Positions 20,842 to 29,185 of a stretch of 64,000 nt of DNA are shown here, in pieces; the stretch's first letter is position 1; each line of letters starts with the position of its first letter. A model generated the notes under the pieces. That model did no database searches and was not told the DNA's origin. It saw nothing but the letters and a program-made list of their open reading frames with translations. Origin of the DNA: Eubacteriales bacterium (GTDB taxonomy: Bacteria > Bacillota > Clostridia > Oscillospirales > CAG-272); assembly GCA_045656885.1 (NCBI GenBank), contig JAZORZ010000042.1:6973-70972 (forward strand), read 5' to 3'. The translations under genes were made by a program, and so were the position numbers.

Positions 20842-21405
20842 ATGCTGATACAAAAGCCCTACAACCGAGAGAGAGCCGTGGAGTATGCCAAGACCTGGGC
20901 ACTCTCGCGCAACCCACTGTTTTATGACTTTACGGGAATTGGCGGCAACTGCACCAATTTCGTATCGCAATGCTTACTGGCAGGGAGCTGCACCATGAAC
21001 TATACCCCAAACGTGGGGTGGTACTACATCTCGCCCGAGGACAGAGCACCCGCGTGGAGCAGTGTGGAGTTCTTTTACGATTTTCTCACGCAAAAATTCG
21101 CCGAACAAAACGGAGGCGTTGGCCCCTTTGCAACAGAGGTGCCGCGAGAAATGGCAGATGTTGGTGACGTGGTACAATATGCAAATACATCGGGAGACTG
21201 GTATCACACCGTTATTATTACGGGAAGAGACGGTGACGAGCTTCTTGTCAGCGCGCAGTCAAACGATGCGCTTGACCGTCCCATTTCCTCCTATAACTTT
21301 GCGTCGGCGCGGTTTTTGCATATAGAAGGTGTCAATATATCCCTTGACGATAGCACCTGCTATGACGTCCTTTTGCGCGGTGGAGTAGAAGAAAATAATG
21401 AATAA
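20842..21405 (+). CDS. Putative amidase-domain protein (Amidase_6 / papain-like fold)
   Basis: 187 aa. The motif GGNCTNFVSQCLLAG and a later HT.II are typical of the 'putative amidase domain' family. Confidence 0.6.
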   Translation: MLIQKPYNRERAVEYAKTWALSRNPLFYDFTGIGGNCTNFVSQCLLAGSCTMNYTPNVGWYYISPEDRAPAWSSVEFFYDFLTQKFAEQNGGVGPFATEVPREMADVGDVVQYANTSGDWYHTVIITGRDGDELLVSAQSNDALDRPISSYNFASARFLHIEGVNISLDDSTCYDVLLRGGVEENNE

Positions 21406-21435
21406 GGAAAACGGCGTGGTATCACGCCGTTTTTC
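21406..21435. terminator. Bidirectional terminator
   Basis: Stem aaaacggcgtg/cacgccgtttt. Confidence 0.8.
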
Positions 21436-21436
21436 C

Positions 21437-21859
21437 TCATTCATAATCTTGTAAAAGTTGACCAACCTCTGCCCAAGATGCTACCCAAATGCCTGTTGCA
21501 AGTTCTTCGCGTTCTTTTTGGGGCAAAAGGGAAGCGTGTATAGTGCTTCGTTGAATGAGAAAGCCCTCGGCATCATAAACGCCAATGCTATCCCCATCAA
21601 GTCGTAAGCAATACCGTTCCCTTGCAGCTTCACCCTCATTTTCTTCAGGTGCAAGCACAGGTAAATTTTCTTCGGTTTCCATTTCCTTCATCACCTCCAC
21701 ACAGCCGCCGAGCTCTCCCACAAGTGCCTCGGCGCGCGCTTGCCAAGCCGAGGTCTCGTCAACCGCATTTCGCATGACCGTAAGGCAGGTGATGGAAAGA
21801 GTCAGACAAACAATGAGCAAAAAGCCGCAAAGCAGTGCAAAAATCTTGTTGACGTCCAT
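21437..21859 (-). CDS. Small membrane-anchored hypothetical protein
   Basis: The start was set at the ATG at 21859 behind AGGAGA (MDVNKIF...). It has one N-terminal TM helix and an acidic linker. No recognisable catalytic motif. Confidence 0.55.
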   Translation of the reverse strand: MDVNKIFALLCGFLLIVCLTLSITCLTVMRNAVDETSAWQARAEALVGELGGCVEVMKEMETEENLPVLAPEENEGEAARERYCLRLDGDSIGVYDAEGFLIQRSTIHASLLPQKEREELATGIWVASWAEVGQLLQDYE

Positions 21860-21971
21860 TTTTTCTCTCCTGTCGCATTTTTTTGTAATATCGGTAATGA
21901 TAGCATACCCGTTTTTGTGTTTGATATACACTGCTGCGTGCAATACTAACAAAAAAATTAAGGAGAGAAAA

Positions 21972-24404
21972 ATGCAAAGAGGACGAGAATTCAAAAACGT
22001 TTTGCGCCGCACAATTTGGGCAATCCTATCAACCGTTTTGTGGCTATCTCTCGTTGCGGGCGTGTTGGTTGCTTTTTATTTGGTGTGGAGCTTTTCAACG
22101 TCTGCCGACGAGCTTCTTCCCACGCTTGGAACGCAGGCACGCAAACCGCAATTTTATATTTACAATTTCACCGACCGCACCAACCGCACAGGCGAGCGTG
22201 AAAATGTTACTGCCGACGTTTGGGCAGGGCGACAAACGGCATACGTTCCTTATGAGGAAATTCCAAAGGATATGATAAATGCCGTTATTTCCATAGAAGA
22301 CAAGCGATTTTATGAGCATCGCGGTGTAGATTGGTACCGCACCGCTGCGGCAGTTGGGAACTACCTTTTTGGGGGAGATGGACGCTTTGGCGGCTCAACC
22401 ATCACGCAACAGCTTGTCAAGAACCTCACGGGAGAGAACGCACCCACCTGGCAACGCAAGGTGCAGGAAATTCTTTGGGCGCGTGACCTTGAACGCAAGT
22501 TGGACAAAACAGAGATCCTTGAGCTCTACCTCAACGTGGTGCATTTCTCCGACCAATGCGACGGTATTGCAGCTGCTGCCGAGCACTATTTTTCCAAATC
22601 GGTGGGAGAGCTTAGCACTGAGGAATGTGCGGCGATCATTGCCATTACCAACAACCCAAGCTATTATAACCCCATTCGCCACCCTGAAAACAACCGCGCG
22701 CGCCGTGACTTGATCCTCTCGCAAATGCACGCGCAGGGATACCTTGATGAGCGATCGTTTGCACGATCCTTTGCCGCTCCCACAACGCTCAACGTCAAAA
22801 CGCCAAGTGGCGGCTCTGCCAACTCGTGGTACGCCGATATGGTTGCCGAGGATATTATCAATGACCTAATCGAAAAATATAATATGAGCCGTTCCGCCGC
22901 CTCGCACCTCTTTCACACGGGTGGTTTGCACATTGACATGGCAATGGATAAGGGAATTCAATCAACCGTCGAAGAATACTACCGCGCTTCTGTCAGTATG
23001 CCCAAAAACGCTAAAGGCGAGTCGGCACAGTCGGCAATTATCATCATCGATAGCAAAACGGGAGACATTCTCGGTGTTGCGGGGGCGATTGGCGAAAAGA
23101 AGGGCAACCGATTGCAAAATTTTGCAACGCAAACGCGCCGCGCACCGGGATCGACCATAAAACCGCTTACCGTATATGCCCCTGCTCTTGAAGAGGGCAT
23201 TATCAACTGGGCGAGCGTTTATGATGACGTTCCTATCAAGTTTGATGCAGAAGGGCGTTCTATGTGGCCCAAAAACGCCGACAACATCTACCGAGGGCTT
23301 ACTAATATTCCGTATGCCGTGGCGCACTCCACCAACACCGTCGCTTTGCGTGTGCTTGAAGATTTAGGACTTGAAAGATCCTATGCTTACGGCAAAGACC
23401 GTTTTCACCTCGATCTTGTTTCCAAATCGGGTGCCAACGACCGCGACTGGGCGGCTCTTGGGCTTGGGCAGCTTAACTACGGCGTTACTTTGCGAGATCT
23501 GACGACCGCTTATACCGCATTTGCAGACGGCGGTGTGTATCATCCGTACCGTTCCTATTACCGTGTGACCGACAGCGAGGGGAATATTCTTCTCTCCCGT
23601 GCCGACGAATCCGAGCGTATCCTTTCGCCCGAAACTGCCGCCATTATGACCAAGCTGCTCGAGGGGGTTATCGAGAGCGGCACGTCCTCTGCGGTCACCC
23701 TGCAAAATCTTTGTGCTTGCGCGGGCAAAACAGGAACAACACAAAACGACCACGACCGTTGGTTTGTCGGTTACACGTCCTCGCTTGTTTGCGGCGTGTG
23801 GTGCGGCTATGAGTACCCCGAGGCATTGTTGGGGCGTAACCTTTGCACAAACATTTGGAACACTGTTATGCGTCGCATCGTTACCGAACGCGGTGAAAGG
23901 CGCGATTTTGAAATCCCTGCAACCGTGGTGCGGGCAAACTATTGCCGCGATTCGGGAGCACTTCTGTCTGTGGCTTGTCAAAAAGATCCTCGCGGCAGTC
24001 GCGTGCAGTCGGGGTGGTTTACAAAAGAAACACTGCCGCACACCTTTTGCAAGTGTCACACGCTTGTCGAGGTTTGCAAGTCGGGCGGCATTTGTCACGG
24101 GCATTGCCGCGAGGAAGAGAGGGAAGAGGTCGGGCTCATTGCGGTGGAGCGACATTTTTCAAAGCAGGTGACACTAACCGATGCCGAATACGTGTATCGG
24201 GGCGATCCTGTCGCAATTTCTCCCAATCAAAACCCAAATGAAGCATATTTTGCCGCGGACCTTTCCGACTTTTGCGGTATTTCGGGTAACAAAAAGCAAT
24301 TCAACCGCTCTTGCACAACGCATACCGAAGAAAACAGCGGGGAAGAATTTGAAGAAGAAGAAAAGAAAATTCCAATGCCGTGGCAATGGTGGCGCGGCGC
24401 ATAA
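21972..24404 (+). CDS. Class A penicillin-binding protein (PBP1A family glycosyltransferase/transpeptidase) with Cys/His-rich acidic C-terminal extension
   Basis: The start was set at the ATG at 21972 behind AGGAGAG. It has the GT51 motifs EDKRFYEHRGVD and GGSTITQQL and the transpeptidase motifs STIKP, STN and KTGTT. The track ORF start at 21585 is an upstream read-through. Confidence 0.9.
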   Translation: MQRGREFKNVLRRTIWAILSTVLWLSLVAGVLVAFYLVWSFSTSADELLPTLGTQARKPQFYIYNFTDRTNRTGERENVTADVWAGRQTAYVPYEEIPKDMINAVISIEDKRFYEHRGVDWYRTAAAVGNYLFGGDGRFGGSTITQQLVKNLTGENAPTWQRKVQEILWARDLERKLDKTEILELYLNVVHFSDQCDGIAAAAEHYFSKSVGELSTEECAAIIAITNNPSYYNPIRHPENNRARRDLILSQMHAQGYLDERSFARSFAAPTTLNVKTPSGGSANSWYADMVAEDIINDLIEKYNMSRSAASHLFHTGGLHIDMAMDKGIQSTVEEYYRASVSMPKNAKGESAQSAIIIIDSKTGDILGVAGAIGEKKGNRLQNFATQTRRAPGSTIKPLTVYAPALEEGIINWASVYDDVPIKFDAEGRSMWPKNADNIYRGLTNIPYAVAHSTNTVALRVLEDLGLERSYAYGKDRFHLDLVSKSGANDRDWAALGLGQLNYGVTLRDLTTAYTAFADGGVYHPYRSYYRVTDSEGNILLSRADESERILSPETAAIMTKLLEGVIESGTSSAVTLQNLCACAGKTGTTQNDHDRWFVGYTSSLVCGVWCGYEYPEALLGRNLCTNIWNTVMRRIVTERGERRDFEIPATVVRANYCRDSGALLSVACQKDPRGSRVQSGWFTKETLPHTFCKCHTLVEVCKSGGICHGHCREEEREEVGLIAVERHFSKQVTLTDAEYVYRGDPVAISPNQNPNEAYFAADLSDFCGISGNKKQFNRSCTTHTEENSGEEFEEEEKKIPMPWQWWRGA

Positions 24405-24411
24405 AAAGCAC

Positions 24412-24462
24412 CTCTCCCTCATAGGTTGTAGGGAGAGATGCACACAAAAACGGCATCTTTTT
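24412..24462 (+). terminator. Tandem hairpins after PBP gene
   Basis: First hairpin ctctccct/agggagag, then gatgc/gcatc followed by TTTTT. Confidence 0.5.
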
Positions 24463-24477
24463 AGGAGGTGCTGTTTT

Positions 24478-25011
24478 TTGTATAAGAAAAAATATGGGCG
24501 AATGACGGTTGGCGCATGGCTCAATATGGAAATGGAGCATACAAATCCCCTTTGGATGGTTTTGATGGGTGGCGGCATGATGATTGGCGGTATGCTCGTG
24601 CGCTTTTTTGTGGGAGCACCGCACGTGATGCTGATGTCCTTGGGAGTTGCGGATATGGTTCCGCCTGCGTGGCTGATGGCGCTATTGTGGACAGTCTCCT
24701 TTTTGGTGGTCGGGTGCGCCGCGGGCTTTGCCTTCGGCTACCGCGCACGCGGATGCGAGGTGGATAAATACAAGGGGGGAATGCTTTTTGTGCTCCTCGC
24801 GGTCCTTGAACTTTGCTGGTATCCCACTTTTTTTGGCGCAGGACTTCTTTTTTTGAGTGTGATCGAAAGTATCCTCATTCTCATTCTTTGCACGGGCGTC
24901 ACCCTCTGCTTTTATCGCGTGAGCAAGTTTGCGGGAATGCTCCTGCTGCTCCACGAGCTTTGGCTTGTTTATATGCTTGTTCTTAATTTTGCGGTGTTTT
25001 TCAATGCATAA
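24478..25011 (+). CDS. TspO/MBR-like multi-pass membrane protein (distant)
   Basis: PPAWLMALLWTVSFLVVGCAAG and the later helices resemble the TspO pattern. A TTG at 24478 lies 9 nt after AGGAGG. Alternative ATGs are at 24502 and 24526. Confidence 0.5.
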   Translation: MYKKKYGRMTVGAWLNMEMEHTNPLWMVLMGGGMMIGGMLVRFFVGAPHVMLMSLGVADMVPPAWLMALLWTVSFLVVGCAAGFAFGYRARGCEVDKYKGGMLFVLLAVLELCWYPTFFGAGLLFLSVIESILILILCTGVTLCFYRVSKFAGMLLLLHELWLVYMLVLNFAVFFNA

Positions 25012-25064
25012 GAGTGTGACTTTATCACAATACTTTCAAAAAAGAGAAAAATTTTCAAAACCAC

Positions 25065-25093
25065 TTTACAAATACACCAAAATGTGATATACT
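25065..25093 (+). promoter_or_regulatory. Sigma-A promoter about 235 nt upstream of lipoprotein gene
   Basis: TTTACA - 17 bp - TATACT with an extended TG. Confidence 0.6.
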
Positions 25094-25099
25094 GAATAT

Positions 25100-25210
25100 G
25101 CCAAACAAATTCAATATTCCATTTCAACGTAAGCGTGTATTTTTATCTTGGTAAAAATACAGGCTCGGTTTTGCATGGCGTTTACGTTATGTGGAATGAA
25201 TTTGTTTGGC
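25100..25210 (+). promoter_or_regulatory. 111-nt nested rod-like stem-loop in 5' leader (unclassified structured RNA element)
   Basis: Three nested helices are present. Helix A is 14 bp perfect, gccaaacaaattca (25100-13) / tgaatttgtttggc (25197-210), plus 5 further bp. Helix B is aacgtaagcg (25126-35) / cgtttacgtt (25179-88). Helix C is tgtatttttа-type, 10 bp (25136-45 / 25152-61). Confidence 0.5.
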
Positions 25211-25326
25211 GACAATCAGAGTCGTGTGTTTTTCGGTGCGTCGGCTTTGGTTGGCGCACTTTTTCATTCACCGAGCTCGGGGAAGTCTCACTTATGAGAA
25301 ACAAACAAAAAACGGAGGAAACAAAA

Positions 25327-25821
25327 ATGAAAAGAATGGTAGCTGTTCTGCTTGTTGTTGTCGCACTTGTCACTATGGTAAGCTGTAACAAAAAGGTTTA
25401 CGAGGCAAATGCCAAGGAATTTACATCGGATGGATTAACGATTACCCTAACCGATGCGTTTGTAAAAAAAGACCAAGAGGGATATACAGTATGTTATGAT
25501 TCCAAATCGGTAGCTGTGATCGCCCTTAAAGAATCCTTCTCCTTGCAAGAGGGCGTTAAGGATTGGACCCTTGAATACTATGCAGGTCTGATCAAAAATT
25601 CCAATTCCAAGCACTCTCCCAGTGATCCTGTAAAGGTTGGCGACCGTATGGTCATTGAATATACCTTCTACAATCCCGATACCGATATTACATATCACTA
25701 TTATACCTGCATGTACAAGGGAAGCGATGCATTCTGGATGGTGCAATTCGCTTGTGATGTGAATGATATTGAAGAATATAAGCCCTATATGATTCAGTGG
25801 GCAGATTCTGTGCGCGTCTAA
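25327..25821 (+). CDS. Putative lipoprotein, unknown function
   Basis: The start was set at the ATG at 25327, 8 nt after GGAGG. It has a signal peptide with a lipobox-like TMVSC (MKRMVAVLLVVVALVTMVSC). Confidence 0.7.
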   Translation: MKRMVAVLLVVVALVTMVSCNKKVYEANAKEFTSDGLTITLTDAFVKKDQEGYTVCYDSKSVAVIALKESFSLQEGVKDWTLEYYAGLIKNSNSKHSPSDPVKVGDRMVIEYTFYNPDTDITYHYYTCMYKGSDAFWMVQFACDVNDIEEYKPYMIQWADSVRV

Positions 25822-25856
25822 TTCAATTTTATTCTGACTTTCCCAAAACAAAAGAG

Positions 25857-25890
25857 CTCCGAGAGCACAAAAGTGTTCTCGGAGTTCTTT
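25857..25890. terminator. Bidirectional terminator
   Basis: 12-bp stem ctccgagagcac/gtgttctcggag, T-rich on both sides. Confidence 0.8.
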
Positions 25891-25905
25891 GATTTGTTCA
25901 AAGGT

Positions 25906-26145
25906 TTAGGGCTGATAGTCGCCAAATCTATCCATACCCGTCCAACGGCAAGCATCTCGGGTTTTACAATGAGGGCATTTTAGGTTTGCTTTACCAAAAG
26001 CACGAATCGTGTTATATCTATGAAAGAGCATATGATACCATTTTTTATAAAATTCACCGCCGCAGTTCGGGCATACAAAGGGCTTTTCTGCAGTGCTTTT
26101 GTATTCTTTAATCCAATAATCCAAACGAATGATATCCCAAATCAT
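25906..26145 (-). CDS. Small zinc-ribbon protein, unknown function
   Basis: 79 aa with CPNCGG...CPHCKT (two CxxC pairs). It has its own consensus promoter and terminator and is AT-richer than its neighbours. Confidence 0.6.
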   Translation of the reverse strand: MIWDIIRLDYWIKEYKSTAEKPFVCPNCGGEFYKKWYHMLFHRYNTIRAFGKANLKCPHCKTRDACRWTGMDRFGDYQP

Positions 26146-26203
26146 AAAAAATCTCCTATCAATTAAGATGTATCAAGAAAAGAAAATCCAATCTCTTGAC
26201 TTC

Positions 26204-26232
26204 ATTATAACATATATAAAAGCATTTGTCAA
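26204..26232 (-). promoter_or_regulatory. Consensus sigma-A promoter for zinc-ribbon gene
   Basis: On the minus strand, TTGACA - 17 bp - TATAAT (perfect consensus). Confidence 0.75.
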
Positions 26233-26249
26233 TAGATTTTTCAAAAAAA

Positions 26250-26282
26250 TAGAAAAAGGGCTGTTTTTTCAAAAACAGCCCT
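26250..26282 (-). terminator. Terminator after MutS-like gene
   Basis: Stem gggctgttt/aaacagccc with a U-run on the minus strand. Confidence 0.75.
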
Positions 26283-26287
26283 CATAT

Positions 26288-27895
26288 TTATTGATTTTCA
26301 AAACGTTTCAAAATGGTTTCGTAGGTCAGTCCGTAGCTCTCGGCAATATCGCGAGCGTAGCTCTTACCGTCGGGCTTTGCACGCATAATTTTGAAGGAGC
26401 GCTTTCCTTCGCCCTTAATGCCTGCCACAAGTGTGTCGATGGCAACACCGCCGGACGCCTTGGAGCGCGCATTGATGTTATCAATTTCAGCTGCCAACTC
26501 ATGCAAGTGGGTAGAGAACAGACAACGGCATCCAACGTGAGCAAGACCGCCAAGCACCTCTGCCGCAATGTAAGATGCCTCAAAGCTGCCCGTAGAGGAA
26601 AGCGACTCGTCAAGCAGAACCAGACTGTTTGCCGTTACGCAGTCGAGGATTTCACTCAAACGCGCACATTCCTCACCAAGACGCCCCTTGTCGATAGTAT
26701 CGTCCGCGCCTGTCGGGAAGTGCGTATAGATGCCGTCAACAGGAGACATTACCGCCTTCTCGGCAGGCACGTACATACCAAGCTGCATCATGACTTGTGC
26801 AAGTCCGATTGCGCAGGTGATAACCGACTTACCGCCGCGGTTGGGACCCGAAAGCACGTAAATGGTGGCGTTCTCATCAAATACAAGGTCATTTGCCACG
26901 ATCTCATCCTCAATTTTGAGGGCAACGCAGGGGTTGTAAAGACCGGTTGCCGCAAAAGCGCGCTCTTCTATGGGGCGAATGTCGGGCAGAGAAAGGACGC
27001 AACCTTTTTGACGCAGAGCACGAAGCATATTGGTGCCCTTAACCAAAAATTCAAATTCGGGCATCAGGTTGAGCAAGAACTCGGTGTTCTCAAGCACGTA
27101 GGTCTGCACAATCTTCTTCCAAGAGCGCAACGAGGAGCGATAAACGTCATTGATAGCACTGTTGAATGCCAACGAGAGAGCCATTTTTTGATTTTCGCTC
27201 TGCTTTTTGCCAAAGGGAACAAGATTTGCAATGCAGGTATAGTTATCGTTTTTGAAATCGAGACGCAAGATCTTATCAAGTGCATCGCCCGATTTGAAGG
27301 TTTCGGCATTGATAGAGAGAACGCCTGCCGACGAGGGACGAAGCTGTGCATCAAGGTTGACACCAACGGTCACACTCTTGATTTCGCGCACGCGACGTGT
27401 CAGCTCGTTCAGCTTTTCGTTCAGCTCGCGGTAGTAGGTGCTTTCCGCAAGTGTGGTAACAAGCTCGGAGAGTGCCAAAAAGGCGGGGCTCTTGAGTTCA
27501 CCCTTGACCTCGGTCAGGCAATCGTGCAAAACCTTAACGCTGGAGACGTAAAGCTCGATTTCGGTAATGCTCGAAAGATAATCGTTGGTGTCCCCACTGT
27601 CCGCCTCGAGGCGGCGCAACTCCATAATGTCGTTGAGGACGGGCACGAGCTTGTTCAGCATTTCGGTGAGTGCCTCGCAACGGAGCATATCGTCAAAGGT
27701 TGAAATGCGGTAGCGAATGACATCGGCGTCCATGGTAAAGAACTCCGAGAGGTCGCGGTTCTTGAGATTGAAAATCTCAAGCAGCCCAAGCTCTTGCAAA
27801 GTAAACAGATCGATGTCTGGCACACATTCGCCACAGTCATGCTTTTTGCGTAAAGCTTCATTTGGATAGATCAAGCTAAAGGTGTTAAAATCCAT
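26288..27895 (-). CDS. MutS-family ATPase paralog lacking mismatch-binding and Smr domains
   Basis: The start was set at the ATG at 27895 (MDFNTF...), giving 535 aa. It has Walker A GPNRGGKS, Walker B LVLLDE and the MutS signature FSTHLHEL. The N-terminal half is helical (lever/core-like). The track ORF extends upstream to 28345 without support. Confidence 0.85.
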   Translation of the reverse strand: MDFNTFSLIYPNEALRKKHDCGECVPDIDLFTLQELGLLEIFNLKNRDLSEFFTMDADVIRYRISTFDDMLRCEALTEMLNKLVPVLNDIMELRRLEADSGDTNDYLSSITEIELYVSSVKVLHDCLTEVKGELKSPAFLALSELVTTLAESTYYRELNEKLNELTRRVREIKSVTVGVNLDAQLRPSSAGVLSINAETFKSGDALDKILRLDFKNDNYTCIANLVPFGKKQSENQKMALSLAFNSAINDVYRSSLRSWKKIVQTYVLENTEFLLNLMPEFEFLVKGTNMLRALRQKGCVLSLPDIRPIEERAFAATGLYNPCVALKIEDEIVANDLVFDENATIYVLSGPNRGGKSVITCAIGLAQVMMQLGMYVPAEKAVMSPVDGIYTHFPTGADDTIDKGRLGEECARLSEILDCVTANSLVLLDESLSSTGSFEASYIAAEVLGGLAHVGCRCLFSTHLHELAAEIDNINARSKASGGVAIDTLVAGIKGEGKRSFKIMRAKPDGKSYARDIAESYGLTYETILKRFENQ

Positions 27896-27989
27896 ACGGG
27901 AAGGATCCTTTCTTACAAAACTATCTATAGTATAACATATTTTTTGACATTCGTCTATACAAAGTGCGAAAAAAATCAAAAAAATGCTA

Positions 27990-28018
27990 TTGAAAAAACA
28001 CTTGTAATATTGTATAAT
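27990..28018 (+). promoter_or_regulatory. Sigma-A promoter for 28053 gene
   Basis: TTGAAA - 17 bp - TATAAT. Confidence 0.65.
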
Positions 28019-28052
28019 AAAGAAAGCAAGAAAGAAAGGGAGGGCAACGGCC

Positions 28053-29084
28053 GTGAATTTTGATATCTTTGCACCCGACTTTGGCATTTTGCCGTCCGCA
28101 TATTGGAGAAAGTCTTTTATCACCAATCCCATAGAGCTCTTTTGGAGCAATGATCTTTTGGCACTTTTGCGCCTTTGCGGCCAAAAAGAGGAAAGCATAG
28201 GGGAACGCGCCTCTGATTTTGATAAATTCCAAGCTCTTTGCCGCGCATTTTCGCTTCTCAAAGGGCATCCCACACGCGCGTGGATACTTTCGGTTTTTGA
28301 GGAGCATTTTTCTCTGAAGGAGACCCCAAACGAGAAAAACGCCACCGAACTGTGGCAAACTCTCAGTCAAGCACTCCTGGAGCGCCCGATTGCAGCACAA
28401 GACCTTGTTCACGGTGCGTGGCTTTGTGATGCCTTGGAGGTTCCCGATAATCTGCCCGAGCAGGTTGCCCCCGTTTTGCACGCTGATCTTTTGTTGCATA
28501 CAAATGCCAAGAATGCCATTGCGTGGAGTGCCGAAATTGCATCTGTTGTTGCACACTTTGCCTCGAACAGATGCAAAAAAATCGTTTTGCATATTGGCAA
28601 AGATTTTGATTTTATCTTACCTTCGCTTTATCACGTTGACCGTGCATTGTCGCTTGCCAAAAAAGACCGTGAAGCTACCAATCTTTTGACCGCTCAGCTT
28701 TTGCGCGAGCTTTGTGTCGCCGCACAAAAGGAGAAGCTTTTGCTCGTTCTCGTATGCAACGGAAATCTCTTGGCTACCGCAAATCTTTTACAATACGCCG
28801 AGGAGAGCGTAGGACTGCCGCACCTTTGTTGGGTTGCAAACGAGGCAAGGGAAGCGTCGGCACTCCTCGATTTTACCGCAAAGCCACACAAATCAGAAAT
28901 CCTCGCGGCACTTTCTTACGACTGTATTATGACGCAAGCCGAGCTTTCAGGCGTGCTTGAGGGGTGGCAGATGCGCTATCCCGTGTCCCGGCTTTGCTTT
29001 GTCACCGCGCGCGATCTTCGCCAAACGCCGGCGGCACAAGCGCATATCTCGGCAATGCTGAAAAAGTCGAAAACAAATATCTAA
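28053..29084 (+). CDS. Hypothetical protein with glucuronate-isomerase (UxaC)-like segments but without the His metal ligands
   Basis: 343 aa with a GTG start behind AGGGAGG. ASDFDKFQAL...GHPTRAWILSVFEEHF...NATELWQTLSQALL parallels UxaC ASD.EKFDAW..GNPLYHWTHLEL...ADEIWNECNELL. The HxH (DYHCHL) and YHIGA positions are not conserved. This comparison is from memory. Confidence 0.5.
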   Translation: MNFDIFAPDFGILPSAYWRKSFITNPIELFWSNDLLALLRLCGQKEESIGERASDFDKFQALCRAFSLLKGHPTRAWILSVFEEHFSLKETPNEKNATELWQTLSQALLERPIAAQDLVHGAWLCDALEVPDNLPEQVAPVLHADLLLHTNAKNAIAWSAEIASVVAHFASNRCKKIVLHIGKDFDFILPSLYHVDRALSLAKKDREATNLLTAQLLRELCVAAQKEKLLLVLVCNGNLLATANLLQYAEESVGLPHLCWVANEAREASALLDFTAKPHKSEILAALSYDCIMTQAELSGVLEGWQMRYPVSRLCFVTARDLRQTPAAQAHISAMLKKSKTNI

Positions 29085-29111
29085 ATTCCGCGAAAAAAGC
29101 GAAAAAATCTC

Positions 29112-29140
29112 TTGCAAACGAAAGTGCAGTATGCTATAAT
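29112..29140 (+). promoter_or_regulatory. Sigma-A promoter for 29186 gene
   Basis: TTGCAA - 17 bp - TATAAT with an extended TG. Confidence 0.7.
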
Positions 29141-29185
29141 ATAATAAAGAGCATGCTTATGAGTAAAAAGAAAGGATAATAGAAA

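Noticed and set aside
21585-21971. N-terminal extensions offered by the ORF track. Examples are PBP 21585, proC 55741, TspO-like 24181, MutS-like up to 28345, lipoprotein 25135, NhaC 32828, dxr 7357 and ychF 51568.
   Set aside because: The extensions overlap upstream genes, terminators or the riboswitch and lack RBSs. Internal ATG/TTG codons preceded by GGAGG-type RBSs give N-termini that match the protein families.
26129-27703. 524-aa plus-strand ORF antisense to the MutS paralog. Similar long antisense ORFs occur at 11512-12900, 14233-15273, 18336-19439, 57564-58502 and 62231-62878.
   Set aside because: Each lies opposite a gene with clear family motifs. None has an RBS, and all translate to compositionally aberrant sequence.
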